64,000 bases of DNA from Escherichia coli (GTDB lineage: Bacteria; Pseudomonadota; Gammaproteobacteria; Enterobacterales; Enterobacteriaceae). The notes under the pieces were generated by a model. The model was not told the origin of the DNA. It saw only the letters and a list, made by a program, of their open reading frames with translations, and ran no database searches. A program made the translations under genes and the position numbers. Where the stretch lies: NCBI RefSeq assembly GCF_016903815.1, contig NZ_CP069973.1; one strand, 5' to 3'. Positions 56,558 through 64,000 of the stretch are shown here, one piece after another; the stretch's first letter is position 1, and every line of letters starts with the position of its first letter.

Positions 56558-57727
56558 ATGAGCGACACAACGATCCTGCAAAACAGTACCCATGTCATTA
56601 AACCGAAAAAATCGGTAGCACTTTCTGGCGTTCCGGCGGGCAATACGGCGCTCTGCACCGTGGGTAAAAGCGGCAATGATTTGCATTACCGCGGCTACGA
56701 CATTCTTGATCTGGCGGAACATTGCGAATTTGAAGAAGTGGCGCATCTGCTGATCCACGGCAAACTGCCGACCCGTGACGAACTCGCCGCTTACAAAACG
56801 AAACTGAAAGCCCTGCGTGGTTTACCAGCTAATGTGCGTACCGTGCTGGAAGCCTTACCGGCGGCGTCGCACCCGATGGATGTTATGCGCACCGGCGTTT
56901 CCGCGCTCGGCTGCACGCTGCCAGAAAAAGAGGGGCATACCGTCTCTGGCGCGCGGGATATTGCCGACAAACTGCTGGCGTCACTTAGCTCGATTCTTCT
57001 CTACTGGTATCACTACAGCCACAACGGCGAACGCATCCAGCCGGAAACCGATGACGACTCCATCGGTGGTCACTTCCTGCATCTGCTGCACGGCGAAAAG
57101 CCATCGCAAAGCTGGGAAAAGGCGATGCATATTTCGCTGGTGCTGTACGCCGAACACGAGTTTAACGCCTCCACCTTTACCAGCCGGGTGATTGCGGGCA
57201 CCGGCTCTGATATGTATTCCGCGATTATTGGCGCGATTGGTGCACTGCGCGGGCCGAAGCACGGCGGGGCGAATGAAGTGTCGCTGGAGATCCAGCAACG
57301 CTACGAAACGCCGGACGAAGCCGAAGCCGATATCCGCAAGCGGGTGGAAAACAAAGAAGTGGTCATTGGTTTTGGTCATCCGGTTTATACCATCGCCGAC
57401 CCGCGTCATCAGGTGATCAAACGTGTGGCGAAGCAGCTCTCGCAGGAAGGCGGCTCGCTGAAGATGTACAACATCGCCGATCGCCTGGAAACGGTGATGT
57501 GGGAGAGCAAAAAGATGTTCCCCAATCTCGACTGGTTCTCCGCTGTTTCCTACAACATGATGGGCGTTCCCACCGAGATGTTCACACCACTGTTTGTTAT
57601 CGCCCGTGTCACTGGCTGGGCGGCGCACATTATCGAACAACGTCAGGACAACAAAATTATCCGTCCTTCCGCCAATTATGTTGGACCGGAAGACCGCCAG
57701 TTTGTCGCGCTGGATAAGCGCCAGTAA
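56558..57727 (+). CDS. prpC: 2-methylcitrate synthase
   Basis: 389-aa citrate-synthase-family ORF (GFGHPVY motif). Confidence 0.93.
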   Translation: MSDTTILQNSTHVIKPKKSVALSGVPAGNTALCTVGKSGNDLHYRGYDILDLAEHCEFEEVAHLLIHGKLPTRDELAAYKTKLKALRGLPANVRTVLEALPAASHPMDVMRTGVSALGCTLPEKEGHTVSGARDIADKLLASLSSILLYWYHYSHNGERIQPETDDDSIGGHFLHLLHGEKPSQSWEKAMHISLVLYAEHEFNASTFTSRVIAGTGSDMYSAIIGAIGALRGPKHGGANEVSLEIQQRYETPDEAEADIRKRVENKEVVIGFGHPVYTIADPRHQVIKRVAKQLSQEGGSLKMYNIADRLETVMWESKKMFPNLDWFSAVSYNMMGVPTEMFTPLFVIARVTGWAAHIIEQRQDNKIIRPSANYVGPEDRQFVALDKRQ

Positions 57728-57760
57728 ACCTCTACGAATAACAATAAGGAAACGTACCCA

Positions 57761-59212
57761 ATGTCAGCTCAAATCAACAACATCCGCCCGGAATTTGATC
57801 GTGAAATCGTTGATATCGTCGATTACGTGATGAACTACGAAATTAGCTCTAAAGTGGCCTACGACACCGCACATTACTGCCTGCTCGACACGCTCGGCTG
57901 CGGTCTGGAAGCTCTCGAATACCCGGCCTGTAAAAAACTGCTGGGGCCAATTGTTCCTGGCACTGTCGTCCCTAACGGCGTGCGCGTCCCCGGAACTCAG
58001 TTCCAGCTCGACCCCGTCCAGGCGGCATTTAACATTGGCGCGATGATCCGCTGGCTTGATTTCAACGATACCTGGCTGGCGGCGGAGTGGGGCCATCCTT
58101 CCGACAACCTCGGCGGCATTCTGGCAACGGCGGACTGGCTTTCGCGCAACGCGGTCGCCAGCGGCAAAGCGCCGTTGACCATGAAACAGGTGCTGACCGC
58201 AATGATCAAAGCCCATGAAATTCAGGGCTGCATCGCGCTGGAAAACTCCTTTAACCGCGTCGGCCTCGACCACGTTCTGTTAGTGAAAGTGGCTTCCACC
58301 GCCGTGGTCGCCGAAATGCTCGGCCTGACCCGCGAGGAAATCCTCAACGCTGTTTCGCTGGCGTGGGTGGACGGTCAGTCGCTGCGCACCTATCGCCATG
58401 CGCCGAACACCGGCACGCGTAAATCCTGGGCGGCGGGCGATGCCACTTCCCGCGCGGTACGTCTGGCACTGATGGCGAAAACGGGCGAAATGGGTTACCC
58501 GTCAGCCCTGACTGCGCCTGTGTGGGGCTTCTACGACGTCTCCTTCAAAGGTGAATCGTTCCGCTTCCAGCGCCCGTACGGTTCTTACGTCATGGAAAAT
58601 GTGCTGTTCAAAATCTCCTTCCCGGCGGAGTTCCACTCCCAGACGGCAGTTGAAGCAGCGATGACGCTCTATGAACAGATGCAGGCAGCAGGCAAAACGG
58701 CGGCAGATATCGAAAAAGTGACCATTCGCACCCACGAAGCCTGTATTCGCATCATCGACAAAAAAGGGCCGCTCAATAACCCGGCAGACCGCGATCACTG
58801 CATTCAGTACATGGTGGCGATCCCGCTGCTATTCGGGCGCTTAACGGCGGCAGATTACGAGGACAACGTTGCGCAAGATAAACGCATTGACGCCCTGCGC
58901 GAGAAGATCAATTGCTTTGAAGATCCGGCATTTACTGCTGACTACCACGACCCGGAAAAACGCGCCATCGCCAATGCCATAACCCTTGAGTTCACCGACG
59001 GCACGCGATTTGAAGAAGTGGTGGTGGAGTACCCAATTGGTCATGCTCGCCGCCGTCAGGATGGCATTCCGAAGCTGGTCGATAAATTCAAAATCAATCT
59101 CGCGCGCCAGTTCCCGACTCGCCAACAGCAGCGCATTCTGGACGTTTCTCTCGACAGAGCTCGCCTGGAACAGATGCCGGTCAATGAGTATCTCGACCTG
59201 TACGTCATTTAA
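57761..59212 (+). CDS. prpD: 2-methylcitrate dehydratase
   Basis: 483-aa MmgE/PrpD-family ORF. Confidence 0.93.
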   Translation: MSAQINNIRPEFDREIVDIVDYVMNYEISSKVAYDTAHYCLLDTLGCGLEALEYPACKKLLGPIVPGTVVPNGVRVPGTQFQLDPVQAAFNIGAMIRWLDFNDTWLAAEWGHPSDNLGGILATADWLSRNAVASGKAPLTMKQVLTAMIKAHEIQGCIALENSFNRVGLDHVLLVKVASTAVVAEMLGLTREEILNAVSLAWVDGQSLRTYRHAPNTGTRKSWAAGDATSRAVRLALMAKTGEMGYPSALTAPVWGFYDVSFKGESFRFQRPYGSYVMENVLFKISFPAEFHSQTAVEAAMTLYEQMQAAGKTAADIEKVTIRTHEACIRIIDKKGPLNNPADRDHCIQYMVAIPLLFGRLTAADYEDNVAQDKRIDALREKINCFEDPAFTADYHDPEKRAIANAITLEFTDGTRFEEVVVEYPIGHARRRQDGIPKLVDKFKINLARQFPTRQQQRILDVSLDRARLEQMPVNEYLDLYVI

Positions 59213-59251
59213 GCAAACAGCGGTAAGGCGTAAGTTCAACAGGAGAGCATT

Positions 59252-61138
59252 ATGTCTTTTAGCGAATTTTATCAGCGTTCGATTAACGAACCGGAGCAGT
59301 TCTGGGCCGAGCAGGCCCGGCGTATTGACTGGCAGACGCCCTTTACGCAAACGCTCGATCACAGCAATCCGCCGTTTGCCCGTTGGTTTTGTGAAGGCCG
59401 AACCAACTTGTGTCACAACGCTATCGACCGCTGGCTGGAGAAACAGCCAGAGGCGCTGGCGCTGATTGCCGTCTCTTCGGAAACAGAAGAAGAGCGCACC
59501 TTTACCTTTCGTCAGCTGCATGACGAAGTGAACGCGGTGGCCTCAATGTTGCGTTCATTGGGCGTGCAGCGTGGCGATCGGGTGCTGGTGTATATGCCGA
59601 TGATTGCCGAAGCGCATATTACTCTGCTGGCCTGCGCGCGCATTGGCGCTATTCACTCGGTGGTGTTTGGTGGATTTGCCTCGCACAGCGTGGCGGCGCG
59701 AATTGATGATGCTAAACCGGTGCTGATTGTCTCGGCTGATGCCGGAGCGCGCGGTGGCAAAATCATTCCCTATAAAAAATTACTCGACGATGCGATAAGT
59801 CAGGCGCAGCACCAGCCACGCCATGTTTTGCTGGTGGATCGCGGGCTGGCGAAAATGGCACGCGTCAGCGGGCGGGATGTCGATTTCGCGTCGTTGCGCC
59901 ATCAACACATCGGCGCGCGGGTACCGGTGGCGTGGCTGGAATCCAACGAAACCTCCTGCATTCTCTACACCTCCGGCACGACCGGCAAACCTAAAGGCGT
60001 GCAGCGTGACGTTGGCGGATATGCGGTGGCGCTGGCGACCTCGATGGAAACCATTTTTGGCGGCAAAGCGGGCGGTGTGTTCTTTTGTGCTTCGGATATT
60101 GGCTGGGTGGTGGGGCATTCGTATATCGTCTACGCGCCGCTGCTGGCGGGGATGGCGACTATCGTTTACGAAGGATTGCCGACCTGGCCGGACTGCGGTG
60201 TGTGGTGGAAAATCGTCGAGAAATATCAGGTTAGCCGGATGTTCTCAGCGCCGACCGCCATTCGCGTGCTGAAAAAATTCCCTACCGCTGAAATTCGCAA
60301 ACACGATCTCTCGTCGCTGGAAGTGCTCTATCTGGCGGGGGAGCCGCTGGACGAGCCGACCGCCAGTTGGGTGAGCAATACGCTGGATGTGCCGGTCATC
60401 GACAACTACTGGCAGACCGAATCCGGCTGGCCGATTATGGCGATTGCTCGCGGTCTGGACGACAGGCCGACGCGTCTGGGTAGCCCCGGCGTGCCGATGT
60501 ATGGCTATAACGTGCAGTTGCTCAATGAAGTCACCGGCGAACCGTGCGGCGTCAACGAGAAAGGGATGCTGGTGGTGGAAGGGCCGCTGCCGCCGGGGTG
60601 TATTCAGACCATTTGGGGCGACGACGACCGCTTTGTGAAGACGTACTGGTCGCTGTTTTCCCGTCCGGTGTACGCCACTTTTGACTGGGGGATCCGCGAT
60701 GCTGACGGTTATCACTTTATTCTCGGGCGCACTGACGATGTGATTAACGTTGCCGGGCATCGGCTGGGGACGCGCGAGATTGAAGAGAGTATCTCCAGTC
60801 ATCCGGGCGTTGCCGAAGTGGCAGTGGTTGGGGTGAAAGATGCGCTGAAAGGGCAGGTGGCGGTGGCGTTTGTCATTCCGAAAGAGAGCGACAGCCTGGA
60901 AGATCGCGAGGTGGCGCACTCGCAAGAGAAGGCGATTATGGCGCTGGTGGACAGCCAGATTGGCAACTTTGGTCGCCCGGCGCACGTCTGGTTTGTCTCG
61001 CAATTACCGAAAACGCGATCCGGAAAAATGCTGCGCCGCACGATCCAGGCGATTTGCGAAGGACGCGATCCAGGGGATCTGACGACCATTGATGATCCTG
61101 CGTCGTTGGATCAGATCCGCCAGGCGATGGAAGAGTAG
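59252..61138 (+). CDS. prpE: Propionyl-CoA synthetase
   Basis: 628-aa acyl-CoA synthetase (YTSGTTGKPKG AMP-binding motif). Confidence 0.93.
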   Translation: MSFSEFYQRSINEPEQFWAEQARRIDWQTPFTQTLDHSNPPFARWFCEGRTNLCHNAIDRWLEKQPEALALIAVSSETEEERTFTFRQLHDEVNAVASMLRSLGVQRGDRVLVYMPMIAEAHITLLACARIGAIHSVVFGGFASHSVAARIDDAKPVLIVSADAGARGGKIIPYKKLLDDAISQAQHQPRHVLLVDRGLAKMARVSGRDVDFASLRHQHIGARVPVAWLESNETSCILYTSGTTGKPKGVQRDVGGYAVALATSMETIFGGKAGGVFFCASDIGWVVGHSYIVYAPLLAGMATIVYEGLPTWPDCGVWWKIVEKYQVSRMFSAPTAIRVLKKFPTAEIRKHDLSSLEVLYLAGEPLDEPTASWVSNTLDVPVIDNYWQTESGWPIMAIARGLDDRPTRLGSPGVPMYGYNVQLLNEVTGEPCGVNEKGMLVVEGPLPPGCIQTIWGDDDRFVKTYWSLFSRPVYATFDWGIRDADGYHFILGRTDDVINVAGHRLGTREIEESISSHPGVAEVAVVGVKDALKGQVAVAFVIPKESDSLEDREVAHSQEKAIMALVDSQIGNFGRPAHVWFVSQLPKTRSGKMLRRTIQAICEGRDPGDLTTIDDPASLDQIRQAMEE

Positions 61139-61140
61139 GT

Positions 61141-61220
61141 TATTGTCGGATGCGTCGCCTGGCGCATCCGACACCATGCGCCGATGCCTGATGCGACGCT
61201 TACCGCGTCTTATTATGGCT
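61141..61220. repeat. Pair of REP elements (BIME-like) between prpE and codB
   Basis: TGTCGGATGCG-TCGCCTG-GCGCATCCGACA perfect 11-bp hairpin, then GCCTGATGCGACGCTTACCGCGTCTTAT matching the REP consensus. Confidence 0.7.
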
Positions 61221-61374
61221 ACCCACTGTTTTTACACCGATAATTTTTCCCCCACCTTTTTGCATTCATTCATATAAAAAATATATTTCCCCACGAAAAC
61301 GATTGCTTTTTATCTTCAGATGAATAGAATGCGGCGGATTTTTTGGGTTTCAAACAGCAAAAAGGGGGAATTTC

Positions 61375-62634
61375 GTGTCGCAAGATAACAACTTTAGCCA
61401 GGGGCCAGTCCCGCAGTCGGCGCGGAAAGGGGTATTGGCATTGACGTTCGTCATGCTGGGATTAACCTTCTTTTCCGCCAGTATGTGGACCGGCGGCACT
61501 CTCGGAACCGGTCTTAGCTATCATGATTTCTTCCTCGCAGTTCTCATCGGTAATCTTCTCCTCGGTATTTACACTTCATTTCTTGGTTACATTGGCGCAA
61601 AAACCGGCCTGACCACTCATCTTCTTGCTCGCTTCTCGTTTGGTGTTAAAGGCTCATGGCTGCCTTCACTGCTGCTGGGCGGCACTCAGGTCGGCTGGTT
61701 TGGCGTTGGCGTGGCGATGTTTGCTATTCCGGTGGGCAAGGCAACCGGGCTGGATATTAATTTGCTGATTGCCGTCTCCGGTTTACTGATGACCGTCACC
61801 GTCTTCTTTGGCATTTCGGCGCTGACGGTTCTTTCGGTGATTGCAGTTCCGGCTATCGCCTGTCTTGGCGGTTATTCCGTGTGGTTGGCCGTTAACGGCA
61901 TGGGCGGCCTGGACGCATTAAAAGCGGTCGTTCCCGCACAACCGTTAGATTTCAATGTCGCGCTGGCGCTGGTTGTGGGGTCATTTATCAGTGCGGGCAC
62001 GCTCACCGCTGACTTTGTCCGGTTTGGTCGTAATGCCAAACTGGCGGTGCTGGTGGCGATGGTGGCCTTTTTCCTCGGCAACTCGTTGATGTTTATTTTC
62101 GGTGCAGCGGGCGCGGCGGCACTGGGGATGGCGGATATCTCTGATGTGATGATTGCTCAGGGTCTGCTGCTGCCTGCGATTGTGGTGCTGGGGCTGAATA
62201 TCTGGACCACCAACGATAACGCGCTCTATGCGTCGGGCTTAGGTTTCGCCAACATTACCGGGATGTCGAGCAAAACCCTTTCGGTAATCAACGGTATTAT
62301 CGGTACGGTCTGCGCACTATGGCTGTATAACAATTTTGTCGGCTGGCTGACCTTCCTTTCGGCAGCTATTCCTCCGGTAGGGGGCGTGATCATCGCTGAC
62401 TATCTGATGAACCGTCGCCGCTATGAGCACTTTGCGACCACGCGTATGATGAGTGTCAATTGGGTGGCGATTCTGGCGGTCGCCTTGGGGATTGCCGCAG
62501 GCCACTGGTTACCGGGTATTGTTCCGGTCAACGCGGTATTAGGTGGCGCGCTGAGCTATCTGATCCTTAACCCGATTTTGAATCGCAAAACGACGGCTGC
62601 AATGACGCATGTGGAGGCTAACAGTGTCGAATAA
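61375..62634 (+). CDS. codB: Cytosine permease
   Basis: 419-aa polytopic ORF, GTG start after AAGGGGGAA. Confidence 0.93.
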   Translation: MSQDNNFSQGPVPQSARKGVLALTFVMLGLTFFSASMWTGGTLGTGLSYHDFFLAVLIGNLLLGIYTSFLGYIGAKTGLTTHLLARFSFGVKGSWLPSLLLGGTQVGWFGVGVAMFAIPVGKATGLDINLLIAVSGLLMTVTVFFGISALTVLSVIAVPAIACLGGYSVWLAVNGMGGLDALKAVVPAQPLDFNVALALVVGSFISAGTLTADFVRFGRNAKLAVLVAMVAFFLGNSLMFIFGAAGAAALGMADISDVMIAQGLLLPAIVVLGLNIWTTNDNALYASGLGFANITGMSSKTLSVINGIIGTVCALWLYNNFVGWLTFLSAAIPPVGGVIIADYLMNRRRYEHFATTRMMSVNWVAILAVALGIAAGHWLPGIVPVNAVLGGALSYLILNPILNRKTTAAMTHVEANSVE

Positions 62635-63907
62635 CGCTTTACAGACAATTATTAACGCCCGGTTACCCGGCAAAGAGGGGCTGTGGCAGATTCATCTGCT
62701 GGACGGAAAAATCAGCGCCATTGATGCGCAATCCGGGGTGATGCCCGTAACTGAAAACAGCCTGGATGCCGAACAAGGTTTAGTTATACCGCCGTTTGTG
62801 GAGCCACATATTCACCTGGACACCACGCAAACCGCCGGACAACCGAACTGGAATCAGTCCGGCACGCTGTTTGAAGGCATTGAACGCTGGGCCGAGCGCA
62901 AAGCGTTATTAACCCATGACGATGTGAAACAACGCGCCTAGCAAACGCTGAAATGGCAGATTGCCAACGGCATTCAGCATGTGCGTACCCATGTCGATGT
63001 TTCGGATGCAACGCTGACTGCGCTGAAAGCAATGCTGGAAGTGAAGCAGGAAGTCGCGCCGTGGATTGATCTGCAAATCGTCGCCTTCCCGCAGGAAGGG
63101 ATTTTGTCGTATCCCAACGGTGAAGCGTTGCTGGAAGAGGCGTTACGCTTAGGGGCAGATGTAGTGGGGGCGATTCCGCATTTTGAATTTACCCGTGAAT
63201 ACGGCGTGGAGTCGCTGCATAAAACCTTCGCCCTGGCGCAAAAATACGACCGTCTCATCGACGTTCACTGTGATGAGATTGATGACGAACAGTCGCGCTT
63301 TGTCGAAACCGTTGCAGCCCTGGCGCACCGTGAAGGCATGGGCGCGCGAGTCACCGCCAGCCACACCACGGCAATGCACTCCTATAACGGGGCGTATACC
63401 TCACGCCTGTTCCGCTTGCTGAAAATGTCCGGTATTAACTTTGTCGCCAACCCGTTGGTCAATATTCATCTACAAGGACGTTTCGATACGTACCCAAAAC
63501 GTCGCGGCATCACGCGCGTTAAAGAGATGCTGGAGTCCGGCATTAACGTCTGCTTTGGTCACGATGATGTCTTCGATCCGTGGTATCCGCTGGGAACGGC
63601 GAATATGCTGCAAGTGCTGCATATGGGGCTGCATGTTTGCCAGCTGATGGGCTACGGGCAGATTAACGATGGCCTGAATTTAATCACCCACCATAGCGCC
63701 AGGACGTTGAATTTGCAGGATTACGGCATTGCCGCCGGAAACAGCGCCAACCTGATTATCCTGCCGGCTGAAAATGGGTTTGACGCGCTGCGCCGTCAGG
63801 TTCCGGTGCGCTATTCGGTACGTGGCGGTAAGGTGATTGCCAGCACCCAACCAGCACAAACCACCGTATATCTGGAGCAGCCAGAAGCCATCGATTACAA
63901 ACGGTAA
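62624..63907 (+). pseudogene. codA: Cytosine deaminase reading frame interrupted by an in-frame TAG at 62939-62941
   Basis: GTG start overlapping the codB 3' end; frame reads ...[38 protein letters not shown] and then continues to the stop at 63907 (427 codons if read through); [10 protein letters not shown] metal-binding motif lies upstream of the stop. Confidence 0.8.
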
Positions 63908-63924
63908 TTTCCTCTGCGTTGAAG

Positions 63925-63948
63925 AGCCACTGACCTGTGTCAGTGGCT
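63925..63948. terminator. Stem-loop between convergent codA and cynR
   Basis: AGCCACTGAC-CTGT-GTCAGTGGCT perfect 10-bp stem. Confidence 0.5.
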
Positions 63949-64000
63949 ACCGTGATTCATGCCCGCCAACATCCGCACATTCTTCCAACGCCATGTGTAA
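63947..64000 (-). CDS. cynR: 3' end of a LysR-family regulator gene (cynR) entering from the right edge
   Basis: Reverse-strand frame ...LHMALEECADVGGHESR-stop; placement by recalled synteny only. Confidence 0.35.
   Translation of the reverse strand, partial: LHMALEECADVGGHESR

Noticed and set aside
56981-57640. 219-aa reverse-strand ORF inside prpC
   Set aside because: Antisense frame in a conserved gene; no start context
60245-61003. 252-aa reverse-strand ORF inside prpE
   Set aside because: Antisense frame, Arg-rich, no RBS; prpE on the forward strand is fully supported

Overview
This window reads as an Escherichia coli-type chromosomal segment, densely coding on both strands. Gene order: ecpC'(partial)-ecpB-ecpA-ecpR, rpmJ2/rpmE2 with a Zur box, a six-gene redox/hydrolase island (old-yellow-enzyme reductase, alpha/beta hydrolase, two LysR regulators, two aldo-keto reductases), an intact 1416-aa intimin-like adhesin (eaeH/fdeC), ykgA, a third aldo-keto reductase whose 3' end is replaced by a complete IS1 with 9-bp target duplications, rclCBA/rclR, ykgEFG (lutABC-like), ykgH, betABI/betT, pdeL, yahBCDEFGIJ, a five-gene insert (ASCH protein plus a four-gene sugar-type ABC transporter), yahKLMNO, prpR/prpBCDE, codBA and the 3' end of cynR. 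Two otherwise conserved genes carry single-site lesions: ykgE has a 1-bp deletion in an A-run, and codA has an in-frame TAG where Trp is expected. I found no rRNA, tRNA or CRISPR array. The most interesting candidate for an uncharacterised system is the yahD-yahJ module, but that is an inference from domain content, not a demonstrated function. Gene names come from recalled E. coli synteny and protein sequence, not from a database search. ORF boundaries follow the supplied six-frame track; coordinates I derived by hand for hairpins and motifs may be off by 1-2 bp.
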